DNA from: Mobula hypostoma
Taxonomy: Eukaryota
Length of the DNA stretch: 64,000 nucleotides
NCBI RefSeq assembly: GCF_963921235.1
Contig: NC_086108.1
Coordinates: 12,276,001 to 12,340,000, forward strand
Direction of reading: 5' to 3'
Below the pieces are notes generated by a model. That model was not told where the DNA came from. It was given only the letters and a program-made list of their open reading frames with translations, and did not search any database. Every line of letters starts with the position of its first letter. The stretch's first letter is position 1. Positions 24,336 through 36,904 of the stretch are shown here, in pieces. Made by a program: the position numbers and the translations under genes.

Positions 24336-26264
24336 CTTTGTGGGCGGCTGAATTAATACGTGATAACTGGGCAAAATGAGATCAGAGTGGTTAGCTCTAA
24401 CTGATAAACCGTGGTAATGCTTGTTCCTATGGTAATTACTCTTTTTACCGAGGTCAAAGGTAACTGCGTGGAGCGCCTCTCCTATCACTGAGTATTTGCT
24501 AAACTTGCTTTTAAATTATTGAGCAATGTTTTGCAAGAGTGCCCCTGAGTGTTAACTTTCGTCAGTAATGGTGTGATTACTATTTTTTCTGCATGCAGGT
24601 TTGGACCAGAATAGTTGCTGGCTCCAGCAAATCTCAGATGCATTCCAGTCGAAATGAGAAACGCAGTGCCAGTTAACTCCTCCAGCACAAAGTGGCCACG
24701 TAAACACCCACAGAGTGAGTGACTTTGCACATTGGAGTTGCCTTTGGTAATAAGACAACTCTTTTAAGATCACGCATTGATCCAGGCAGACGTTACTGGC
24801 GCATTGATAGAGACAGCTGGTCTGGATCCTTGTGAGTGTCAGCCTCGTAATTGGAGTTACTGCTGAAATACTGAGGACTGCTGGTTAATTCATCACACAT
24901 TTAAAAATAGGCCCTTCAACTCAAATAGCTAGAAGTTCGGCACTTAAAATAGAAACGTACAGCTGTATACGCAGGAAGCTTTCAGAGCAGCAGTACTGAA
25001 CAACGCGATCAAATACTGAAAGCTGAGAGTAAAAGCATCAAAGGATCTCGGTACAGGAAATAAAATCTCCAACATTTAACCATTTCAGCATTTCGTGTCT
25101 GACTCAATTGATTGCCGACCCTCCCCCTTCCACCAGCATCTGTTTATCTTCCAAATCGTTATGTCTTTCCAAATAACTTGTTCATCCCCGAAACTATTAG
25201 TCACAGGCTTGGCAGAGAATGAAGGAGTTCGCTGCTCGAATTCACCCATAATTAACTATATTCAGGTTCCACATCCGCGTCCTTCGGGAAATAAACGGTT
25301 CTGTGTGTAATTCAACTGTGTGCATGTTCCCTTGGGATTTTTTTCGCTTTCTGCCTCTGTAGTTGCTCTGTCTGGGGAGATCTGGTATCAGAAGGTGCCA
25401 GTATTGAGACTGTGGGTTGTAAACGTGACGGGTGTGTTAAAGTGAAAACTGAGTTCACGGGATGAGGATAATGGTGAGTGTTGTCAGTCGAGTAGAAACA
25501 TGTTCCACCGGGTCACATTGCGGCAAACTGTTTGCCCACACACAGCTGTTATGCCCCGTAATTACTCGTGGAGATGGATTTGATAATACAATGCCTTAAA
25601 TAAAAACCTTTAGAGAACCGTCGGCTTGGAAGATTACTCCTAATTTAACCCTGGATCTGCTGCTATAGAAAGCTCCTTTCCATTAATTAATCATGAAAAT
25701 GTAGTTCTTGTTTATTGAGGAGATAACCTTTCAGAGGAGTTGCGATTGTGAATTTGAAGTCAAGACAAGAATTAGAGGAGCTCTCGGTGGGACTGAATGA
25801 AAAGGACGAATCGCACGCTGGAGCAATGCGCACAAAATGCTGGAGGAACTTAACATGTCAAGCAGCATCTATGGAAATGAATAAACAGTCGACATTTCCG
25901 GCCGAAACCTGTTTCTTCACACTATTCCTTCTTCGTCTTCAACTGTTATTGGAGGATAAAAAATACTCCATTTGTGTTCAATTGTTCCACCAATTAAGTA
26001 GTTAAACAGTTGGATAAGTACAGGCTGTAGTGCGTCGGTCATTAACTTGCAGTCTTTAAGAAACCATTAAAAGGTCCATGTCATTTTGCAATGACTATGC
26101 TAAGGCAGGTTTTCCTTAGCTCGGACCCAGGGCTGTTTTGAGCAAATGGGCCATGGAGGCTGCTCTACAAAAGATAATTTTGTGCCCAAGATTTCAATGC
26201 CATCTGGAAATTTGCAGCTGGAGTTCCCATCCCTGATAATATGAGGTTTCCCAGTGAAATAAAC

Positions 26265-27060
26265 CATAAAACCATGAGAGATAGGAACAGAATTAGGCCA
26301 TTTGGCCTATCGAGTCTGCTCCACCATACAATCATGGCTGATTTATTTACTCTGACAACACCATTCTTCTGCCTTCTCCCCATAACCGTTGACGCCTTTA
26401 CTAATCAAGATCTAAACTGAGCGCGGGGGTGGGCTGTGGAGCAGAATTTGGCCATTCAGCCCATCGAGTCTGGTCTGCCATTTGATCACGGCTGATTTGT
26501 TTTCTCTCTCAACCTTATTTTCATGCTTTCTCCCCATAAACCTTGACACCCTTACCAATCAAGAATCTATCAAGGACTGCTTTAAATATACCCAATTACT
26601 TTTCCTCTACAGCTGCCTGTAGCAATGAATTCTTCAGATTCACCAGCCTCTGGCGAAAGAAATTCCTCCTCATCTCTATTATTACAGAAATCTCAGTCAT
26701 TTCTGTGGTTTGTTACATCCCATGTCAGAGTCAAGAGTATCATGGAGCATCTGCAGGAAGTTCTGAAGTGATAGTATACCACTAGAGGCTGTGGTTCTCA
26801 TTGAATGAAAAACATTAGTGAAGTTCTGATAGGAAGGGTATATGAGGGGGTTACCACATCAAAACCTATCAAATGTTGAGGGGCCTCAACAGAGTGGATG
26901 TGGAGAGGATGTTTCCCGTGTTGGGGAGTTAAGGACCAGAGGACACAAATTTAGAATAAAGGGTGTCCCTTTAGAATGGAGATGAGGAGGAATTTCTTTA
27001 GGCAGAGAGTGGTGAATCTGTGGAATTCATTGCCACAGGCAGCTGTGGCGATCAATTCAT
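26265..27060. mobile_element. Cluster of short CR1 3' fragments: two on minus (26265-26680), one on plus (26850-27060)
   Basis: ggccatttggcctatcgagtctgctcc 3'-end motifs; gagtggatgtggagaggatgtttcc. Confidence 0.7.
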
Positions 27061-27614
27061 TGGATTTGCAAACTTTTTCTTGCAAACTGTTCACGAACTG
27101 AATTTTATGGTTCTTATCTTATATTGGATCTTATATTTGATCTTATTGTCTTGTACAGCTAGAGGCAACAGTCCTCCTAGAACCAACAACTTTAGTAAAG
27201 TTCTTTAGGGGCAGGTTATAGGTCTAAAGGCTATGGTCCTCATAGAACCAACAACATTAGTAAAGTCACTGCTTCTAAGCTGTGCACAGAAAATCTATTA
27301 TGCAATAATCCTAAAATGTGGACCCATCCACATAAATCTCTCTTGCTGTTTATTGAACAACTTTAAATTACTTGGTGTGTTTACATTCCTTGAGTGATCA
27401 ATAGTGATCTGTTGAGAATAGATTACCCTGTTTCTGAGAACCATGAACAAGTTCCTAATGGCAGTCTCTCCTTTCACACCTACTCCTGCCAGTTGTCCTC
27501 TAGTGACATGTTGTCCCTGTCACCACCACAAGGCCATGAGAATAAAGCTCCATCGCTGATGGCGGAGGGTCCTGGTTAAGGGAGTTAACACTTGAAGACC
27601 ATGTCTCCTTAACA

Positions 27615-30460
27615 GATAGAAACATAGAAAACCTACAGCACAATACAGGCCTTTCGGCCCACAAAGCTGTGCCGAAAATGTCCTTACATTAGAACTACCT
27701 AGGCTTACCCATAGCTCTTTATTTTTCTAAGCTCCATGTATCCATCCAGGAGGCTATCAAAAGACCCTATTGTTTCCGCCTCCACCACTGCCACCAGCAG
27801 CCCAATCCAAGCACTCACCACTCTCTGCATAAAAAACTTACCCCTGACATCTCCTCTGTATGTAGTTCCAAGCACCTGAAAACTATGCCCTCTCATGCTA
27901 GCCATTTCAGTCCTGGGAAGAAGCCTCTGACTATCCACACGATCAATGCCTCTCATTATCTTGTACACCTCTATCAGATCACCTCTTATCCTCTGTTGCT
28001 CCAAGGAGAAAAGGTTGAGTTCACCAAACTATTCTCATAAGGCATGATCCCCAATCTAGGCAACATCCTTGTAAATTTCCTCTGCACCCTATGGTTTCCA
28101 CGTCCTTCCTGTAGTGAGGTGACCAGAACTGAGCACAGTACTCCAAGTGGGGTCTGACCAGGGTCCTATATAGCTGCAACATTACCTCTCAGCTCTTAAA
28201 ATCAATCCCATGATTGATGAAGGCCAATGCACCGTATGCCTTCTTAACCACAGAGTCAACCTGCGTACCAGCTTTGAGTGTTCTATGGACTCGGACCCCA
28301 AGATCCGACTGATTCTCCACACTGCAAAGAGTCTTGCCATTAATGCTATATTCTGCCATCATATTTGATCTACCAATATGAACCACTTCACACTTATCTG
28401 GGTTGACCTCTATCTGCCCAGTTTTACGTCCTATCAATGTCCCGCTGTAACCTCTGATAGCCCGCCACACTACCCACAACACCTCCAACTTTTGTGTCAT
28501 CAGCAAATTTACTAACCCGTTCCTCCACTTCTTCATTCAGGTCATTTATAAAAATCACAAAGAGCAGGGGTCCCAGAACAGATCCCTAAGGCACACCACT
28601 GGTCACTGACCTCCATACAGAATATGACCCATCTACAACCACTCTTTGCCTTCTGTGGGCAAGCCAGTTCTGGATCCACAGAGTAATGTCTCCTTGGATC
28701 CCATGCCTCCTTACTTTCTCAATAAGCCTTGCATGGGGAACCTTATCAAATGCCTTGCTAAAATCTGTATACATTACATCTATGGCTCGACCTTCATCAA
28801 TGTGTTTAGTCACATCCTCAAAAAGTTCAATCAGACTTGTAAGGCACGACCTGCCTTTGACAAAGCCATGCTGACTATTCCTAATCATATTATGCCTCTC
28901 CAAATGTTCATAAATCCTGCCTCTCAGGATCTTCTCCATCAACTTACCAACCACTGAAGTAAGACCCACTGCTCTATAATTTCCTGGGCTATCCCTAGTC
29001 CCTCTATTGACTAAGGGAACAACATCCGCAACTCTCCAGTCCTCCAGAACCTCTCCCGTCCTCATTGATGATGCAAAGATCATCACCAGAGGCTCAGCAA
29101 TCTCCTCCCTCACTTCCCACAGTAGCCTGGGGTACATCTTGTCCGGTCCCGGTGACTTATCCAACTTGATGCTTTCCAAAACCTCCAGCACATCCTCTTT
29201 CTTAATATCTATATGCCCAAGCTTTTCAGTCTGCTGCAAGTCATCCTACAATCACCAAGATCCTTTTTCATAGTGAGTACTGAAGCAAAGTATTCATTCA
29301 GTACCTCTGCCATCTCCTCTGGTTCATGCACAATTTTCCACTGTCACACTTGATTGGTCCTATTCTTTCACGTCTTATCCTCTTGCCCTTCACATACTTA
29401 TAGAACGCCTTGGGGTTTTCCTTAATCCTGTCCGCAAAGGCTTTCTCATGGTCCTTTCTGGCTCTCCTAATTTCATTCTTAGCCTCCTTCTGCTAGCCTT
29501 ATAATCTTCTAGATCTCTATCATTACCTAGTTTTTTGAACCTTTTGTAAGCTCTTCTTTTCTTCTTGACTAGATTTACAACAGCATTTGTGCACCATGGT
29601 CCCTGTACCCTACCATCCTTTCCCTGTCTCACTGGAACGTAGCTATGCAGAACCCCACCAAATAGCCCCTGAACATTTGCCACATTTCTTCTGCACATTT
29701 CCCTAAGAAAATCTGTTTCTAATTTATGCTTCCAAGTTCCTGCCTGATAGCCTCATATTTCCCTTCACTCCAATTAAACTTTTCCCTAGCTTGTCTGTTC
29801 CTATCCCTCTCCAATGCTATGGTAAAGGAGATAGAATTATGATCACTATCTCCAAAATGCTCTCCCACTGAGAGACCTGACACCTGACCAGGTTCATTTC
29901 CCAATACCAGATCAAGTACAGCCTCTCCTCTTGTAGGCTTATCTACATATTGTTTCAAGAAACCTTCCTGAGCACACCTAACAAACTCTACCTCATCTAA
30001 ACCCCTCACTCTAGGGAGATGCATACCATATTTGGGAAATTAAAATCTTCCACCACAACAACCCTGTTATTATTACTCCTTTCCAGAATCTGTCTCCCTA
30101 TCTGCTCCTCGATGTCCCTGCTACTATTGGGTGGTTTATAAAAGACACCCCGTAGAGTAATTGACCCCTTCCTGTCTCTAACTTCCACCCACAGAGACTC
30201 AGTAGAAAATCCCTCCATGACTTCCTCCTTTTCTGTAGCCGTGACACTATCTCTGATCAGCAGTGCCACGCCCCCACCTCTTTTGCCTCCCTCCGTCTTT
30301 TCTGAAACATCTAAAGCCTGGAACTTGAAGTAGCCATTTCTGCCCCTGATCAATCCAAGTCTCTGAAATAGCCACATCACAGCTCCAAGTGCTGATCCAT
30401 GCTGTAAGCTCATCTGCTTTATTCATGATACTCCTCGCGTTAAAATAGACACATCTCAAA
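27615..30460 (-). mobile_element. CR1 LINE spanning nearly all of ORF2 (APE endonuclease plus RT), frameshifted
   Basis: YFNARSIMNKADEL..AISETW, DFNFP, SDHN, GNYRAVGLTS and DFSKAFDKVPH across ORFs 27705-30459; (tttctatg)-type tail. Confidence 0.95.
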
Positions 30461-30884
30461 GCATTGGAGGAGGGAAGCAGGTCACCATCTAGTGAACGTG
30501 GACAGGACTAGTTACCAGAACTTGGAGCAGCACTATCATCTTTATTTTGTCTACTTGGTTTGGATGGGGGATTAATGGTCACCTGTACCTGTTGGAGGCA
30601 TTCAAGATGACAAGAGCATAGGTAGCGTGGACAGCCAGAGACTGCTGTATTTCCGGGATCAAAATGCAAGGGGAATAATTTAAGGTAATTGGAGGGAAGT
30701 TTAGGGATAGTTAGCACATCGGGCCACTGATGCTGGCTATCATGGAATTATTCATCTGGATTAAGGGATGAAATTAAATGTCACTCATTGCAGTCCCACC
30801 TGAAAAACGTGATCATCTTCCCTGCATCTCCAAGAAACTATAGGAACATACAGGAAAGTAATGTCTATTTCCTTGCCAACTAAT

Positions 30885-31205
30885 AGGGAAAAGGAGAGAG
30901 GGAGAAAGGGAAAGAGGGAAATAGGGAGAGGGAGAGAGGATGAGTCCAAGGAGAGGGGGAGAGAGAGATGGAGAGAAGGACAGGGGGGAGAGAGGGGAGA
31001 GGGAGGGAACAAGAGCGAGTCAGGGAGACAGGGAAGGAAGGAGAGAGGGGGAGAGGGAGGAAAGAGGAGGGAGGGAGTGGATCAGGGAGACAAGAGAAGG
31101 CAGGAGAGAGAGGGAGGGGGAGAAAGTGGAAAAGAGAAAGAGGGAAGGGGAGAAAGGAGAAAGATGGAGAGAGGGAGAGTATGAGGCAGAGAGAGAGAGA
31201 GAATG
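30885..31205. repeat. GA-rich polypurine low-complexity tract
   Basis: Almost entirely G/A on the plus strand. Confidence 0.9.
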
Positions 31206-32583
31206 AATAAATACAGGGTCCATGTGTGTTTAGCTTCATCCATGTGTCCTTTGTAAGCTCACCAGAGCCAACAACCTTGTCCTCACTGGTGATGGGACCA
31301 TCAACAAAACCACATGTGAGCAGATTTACACACATACATTACCAGTGGACAGAGGAACTGTGTCACAGGGTAATATTTTCAGCTCTCAAAAGAAATAGAT
31401 ACACTGCCCCTTCTCCCTATTATTGTTCCAGGGAGTGACGCAAGTGGAGTATTTAATTTTCTCCCTTATATTCCACAGGTGAGATCAAGTTTCTTCTATT
31501 CCAATATTGGTGCATTGAATGTCTCAGGACTCACAGAGTAGTAATGGGCAAGTTAACCTCTGCATCAAGGTCAGCAGGGTCCCAACACAGGACCACTTCA
31601 TTTGCTACTTGTGTCTGGAACACTGATGACTACATTGTCTCATTTCCTGTTCCATCACTTCTGTTGTCACCCTAACCTCACTTTCAATTGTTTGGTCTCC
31701 GACTCTTCCCTTTGCTCCATTTCTGTTCTCAGAAGTTAAGCTAACACCCCAACCAAGTTGGCTGGAGTATGGGTCTTCAGTACCACATCTGGGATATTGT
31801 CTAGCCCATTAGGCATGTGTACTTTTCCGTCTCTTCTCTCATGAAATGAGTCACGTTAGCTGAAGACTGGCCTTGGAGATGTTGGGAATTTCAAGTGGAA
31901 ACTGAGGTGGGTTGAACACTTGACTGAACTTGGTTCCATGTGCTTTGGTCTTGCCCTTATGAAAGAAAAATCAGCATTTATTCATCAGCTGGCATGCTTT
32001 GTGTATGTGACTAGAGGGATAGATAAGGGGGGGTGGGAAACCTCTGATCAGAAGCATGAGATTGGTAAATATGGTTGGAGCACACTGGATAGGGGTAATA
32101 CTGAGACAGATGATCGCCCAGAAAGCACAGAGCAGGAATAAACGGATTGTTCTCAAGTTCCAAGCTCTGACTAGTGGGATGCAGTGGGGATTTGTGTTAG
32201 ACAGTCTACACCCACCGCTTCTCTGAGGAGATAAAGTGCCACCCTTCCAAGATCCCTCACGGTAGGAAATAATGTGGGTTGTGAGTACTGAGATCTTCAT
32301 GAGGATTTTTTTTTAGGAAGATATGCACGCTGACCAAGTGACAAGACCTGGAAGGTGGACAAATATGAATTCAGAATTCGAATCACGTTTAATATCATTA
32401 GCATATGTGATGAAATTTGATGTTGTTTTGCAATAGCAGTATATTACAATACATGGGAAGGTGTTGGAGTCAATTGGGAAGGATGAGGTTATGGAGTACC
32501 TGGTGACACAGGACAAGACAGGACAAAGTCAGTGTGGTTTCCGTAAGGGAAAATCTTGCCTGACAAACCTGATGGAATTCTTT

Positions 32584-33335
32584 AGAAACGTAGAAACATA
32601 GAGAACCTACAGCACAATACAGGCCCTTTGGCTTACTATGCTGTGCCAAACATATACTTACTTTAGAAATTACCTAGCCTTCTATATTACTAAGCTCCAT
32701 GTAGCTATCCAGGAGTCTCTTAAAAGACCCTATCATATCTGCCTCTACCATCACCGGCAGCCCATTCTACGCACTCGCCACCCTCTGCGTAAAAAACTTA
32801 CCCCTGACATCTCTGTATCAACTTCCAAGCACCTTAAAACTGTGCCCTCTCCTGTTAGTCATTTCAGCCCTGGGAAAAGGCCTCTGACTAGCCACATGAT
32901 CAATGCCTCTCATTATCTTATACACCTCTATCAGGTCACCTCTCATCCTCCATTGCTCCAAGGAGAAAAGGCCACATTCACTCAACCTATTCTCATAAGG
33001 CATGCTCCCCAATCCAGGCAACATCCTTGTAAATTTCCTCTGCACCCTTTCTATAGTTTCCACATCCTTCCTGTAGTGAGGTGACCAGTAATGAGCACAG
33101 TATTCCAAGTGGGGTCTGACCAGGGACCTATAAAGCTGTAACATTACCTCTCAGCTCTTAAACTCAATCCCACAGTTGATGAAGGCCAATGCACCGTCTG
33201 CCTTCTTAACCACACAGTCAACCTATGCAGTAGCTTTAAGTGTCCTATGGACTCGGACCCGAAGATCCCTCTGATACTCCACACTGCCCAAGAGTCTTAC
33301 CACTAATACTATATTCTGCCATCATATTTCACCTA
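32584..33335 (-). mobile_element. CR1 3' fragment, same subfamily as 27615-30460
   Basis: ORF 32818-33144 reads LVRPHLEYCAHYWSPHYRKD; 3' UTR very similar to 27615-27800. Confidence 0.9.
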
Positions 33336-33695
33336 CATGTAGTATAGATAAAGGGAATACCGTGGATGTTGTATATTTGGACTTTCAGAAGGCCTTTGTC
33401 AAGGTACTATACGTGAGGCTGCTTACTGAGTTAAGAACCCATGGTATTACAGGAAACTTAGTGACATGGTTAAATCATTGGCTGATTGGTAGGAGACTGA
33501 GTGGGAATAAAAGGATCCTTTTCCGGTTGGTTGCCAGGGACTAGTGGTGTTCCTCAGGGGTAAGTGTTAGGACTGCTTCTTTTTATGCTGTATATCAATG
33601 ATTTAGATGATGGAATAGATGGCTTTGTTGCCAAATTTACAGATATGAAGATTGGTGGAAGGTTAGTGTTGAGGAAATACGTAGGCTACAGATTA

Positions 33696-34365
33696 GTAGC
33701 ACAAAACACTCTGCATATGCTGGGGTTAAAGCAACACTCACAACATGCTGGAGGAACTCAGCAGGTCGGGCAGCATCCGTGGAAACGATCAGTCAATGTT
33801 TCGGGCCGGAGTCCTTCGTCAGGACTGAAGAGGGAAGGGACAGTGGCCCTATAAAGAAGGTGGGGGGAGGTTGGGAAGGAGAAGGCTGGTAGGTTCTAGG
33901 TGAAAAACCAGTAAGGGGAAAGCTAAAGTGGTGGGGAAGGGGAAGCAGGGAGGTGATAGGCAGGAAAGGTGAAGAAAGAATACGGGAAAACACAATGGGT
34001 AGTAGAAGGAGGCAGGTGATAGGCAGCTGGGAGAGGGGGCAGAGTGAAATAGGGATAGGGGAAGGGAGGGGGAGGGAATTACCGGAAGTTGGAGAATTCT
34101 ATGTTCATACCAAGGGGCTGGAGACTACCTAGACGGTATATGAGGTGTTGCTCCTCCAACTTGAGTTTAGCCTCATCATGGCAGTAGCGGAGGCCATGTA
34201 TGGACATATCCAAATGGGAGTGGGAAGCAGAGTTGAAGTGGGTGGCTACCGGGAGATCTTGTCTGTTGTGGCGGACGGAGCGGAGGTGCTCGACGAAGCG
34301 GTCCCCCAATGTGCGTTGGGTTTCACTGATGTAGAGGAGGCCACACCGTGAGCACCGGATGCAGA
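33696..34365 (-). mobile_element. Penelope-like (Neptune-type) 3' fragment: GIY-YIG endonuclease plus pseudo-LTR with hammerhead
   Basis: ORF 34079-34387 reads CSRCGLLYISET..RFVEH..VATHFN..LGSLQPLGMN. TSD tacagatta at 33687-33695 and 34366-34374. Hammerhead-like TCAGTC-CTGACGA..GAAACATT-GACTGA at 33789-33828. Confidence 0.9.
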
Positions 34366-35690
34366 TACAGATTAAGAGAATGGGCAAGAAAGTTGCAAAT
34401 GAAATACAATGTTGGAAACTGCATGGTCATGCATTTCAGTGGTAGAGATAAATGTGCAGACTATTGTGCGATATCTCAGATCGAGTTCTCAGTATTCTGA
34501 AGAGTGAGGGTGAGCAGCCAGATGTCGTGGTCCATGTAGGGACCAATGACGTGGGTAGGAAGAGTGAGGAGGTCCTGAAAGTCGAGTTTAGGGAGTTAGG
34601 CACCAAGTTAAAGGACAGGACCTCCAGGATTGCTACCAGTGCCACGTGCAGACGGGTTTAGAAATAGTAAGACAGTGCAGATCAACCCGTGGCTGAAGGC
34701 ATGGTGCAGGAGGGAGGGCTTCAGATTTATAGATAATTGGGCAGTTTTCCAGGGAAGGTGGGACCTCTTCCATTGGGACTGTTTACATCTGAACTGGAGG
34801 GGGACAAATATTCTTGCAGGTATGTTTGCTAGAGAGGCTCCGGTGGATTTAAACTAGATACGAGGGGGGAGGGGAACCAGAGTGTAGGAACAGAAGTAGG
34901 GGAGAAGGAAGAAAAAGAAAATAGTAAAGTTGTTTGCACCGTTAGTGATAAACAGAGAGTAAGAGGTGGAAAATTTCTTAAATGCATTTATTTTAATGCT
35001 AGGAGCTTTATAAGAAAGGTGGATGAGCTTAAAGCATGGATTGATACCTGGAAGTATGACGTGGTGACTATTAGTGAAACATGGTTACAGGAGGGGTGTG
35101 ATTGGCAACTAAATATTCCTGGATTTCATTGCTTCAGGTGTGATAGAATCAGAGGGACAAGAGAGCATTGCTTGTCAGAGAAAATATAACAGAGGTGCTC
35201 TGGCAGGATAGATTAGAGGGCTCGTCTAGGGAGGTTATTTGGGTGGAATTGAGGAATGGGAAAGGTGTAGTAACACTTATGGGGGTATATTATAGACTAC
35301 CTAATGGGGAGCGAGAAGTGGAGGAGCAAATTTGTAAGGAGATAGCAGATATTTGTAGTAAGCACAAGGTTGTCATTCTGGGAGATTTTAATTTTCCACA
35401 CATAGACTGGGAAGCCCATACTGTAAGAGCGCTGGATGGTTTGGAGTTTGTAAAATGTGTGCCAGATAGTTTTTGCAGCAATACATAGAAGCACCAACTA
35501 GAGAAGGGGCAGTGTTGGATCTCCTGTTAGGGAATGAGATAGGTAACGTGACGGAGGTATGTGTTGGAAAGCACTTCGAGTCTAGTGATCACAATGCCAT
35601 TAGTTTCAATATAACTATGGAGAAGGATCGGTCTGGACCCAGGGTTGAGATTTTTGAGTGGAGAAAGGCTAACTCTGAGGAGATGCAAAA

Positions 35691-36904
35691 GGCTGGGGTC
35701 CTGGGCCTTGAGCCTGGCTTGAGGCTGGGGTCCTGGGCCTTGAGTCTGGCTCGAGGCTGGGGTCCTGGGCCTTGGAGCTTGGCTTCGGGATCCTCGAGGC
35801 TGAGGTCCTGGTCCTTGGAGCTTGGCTTCGGGATCCTCGAGGCTAGGGTCCTTGGAACTTGGCTTCTGGATCCTCGAGGCTAGTGTCCTTGGAGCTTGGC
35901 GTCGGGGTCCTCGAGGCTAGGGTCCTTGGAGCTTGGCTTCGGGGTCCTCGAGGCTAGGGTCCTTGGAGCTTGGCTTCGGGGTCCTCGAGGCTAGGGTCCT
36001 TGGAGCTTGGCTTTGGGGTCCTCGAGGCTAGGGTCTCTGGAGCTTGGCTTCCGGATCCTCGAGGCTAGGGTCCTTGGAGCTCAGAGACAGACTGGGAACC
36101 GAACATCAACATAGAGCCAGGATTTATCCTTCGACAAGCCAGGACTCATCTTTAACATGACACTAACATGAGACAGGACAAAACATAGACATAGAGCCGG
36201 GACTTATCCTAAGATAAGCCAGGACTCAACTTCACCTCCACACCAAGGTGGGACAGGTCTCTCCATCAGGTAATGGCAGAACAGCCAGACTTACCCAACA
36301 GAGACAAGGACAAGACAAGACAGGACCCTCCGCAGGGCAATGGTAGAATGGCCAGACTTACCCCACAGAGTCAAGGACAAGACATGACAGATCCCCCACA
36401 GGGCAACAGCAAAACAGCCTGGCATACACCACAGAGTTAAGGACCAGAAGAGACAAACACTAAAGAACAACAGACAGTTCCATCTCTGCTCCAGGGAAGC
36501 TCTCAGCTCAGCCAGCAACCTCAGCTGGCTACAGAAGCAGCCGGATCCCTACCTAGCTCAGTGGCTGACAGCCACTCAGCTGGCCCAGGAAACAGCCGAA
36601 TCCATACCACAAAGACTACTCCAACAAGTGGCAACAAGGCTCCATGAAGTGGTGGTCCTCCAACCAGGCCTAGAGATCATGAATGGTTTCACTAGCCTTC
36701 CATCAGCAGGCTGCTCCAAGGGGGACTGACAAGACAAACCAGCAGCCCACACTCAACCCCAAAGCTACTTACATTCCAAGCACCAAGATGGGAATCAGGT
36801 GCCTATGATTAACTCAAACAATGGACAGCTGGAAGACCCGGAGTCCTGAGTCCACTGACCGGACAATGAACTGGAATATGGACTTCATGGACTGGACCAT
36901 GACA
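35691..36904 (-). mobile_element. Partial LTR (Gypsy-like) related to 51481-52849
   Basis: Ends ...ccatgaca as at 52849. Shares the agggcaa.agca..a.ggcc.gacttacccca.agag subrepeats. The other end is missing along with flanking CR1 sequence. Confidence 0.7.
35787..36080. repeat. 37-bp tandem minisatellite, about 8 copies
   Basis: Unit ggggtcctcgaggctagggtccttggagcttggcttc, e.g. starting at 35941 and 35978. Confidence 0.95.

Noticed and set aside
30785..31335. Overlapping ORFs across the GA-rich tract
   Set aside because: Low-complexity artefact.
35787..36080. 37-bp repeats resembling a CRISPR array in unit length
   Set aside because: Head-to-tail units with no unique spacers, inside a eukaryotic LTR, and no cas genes.
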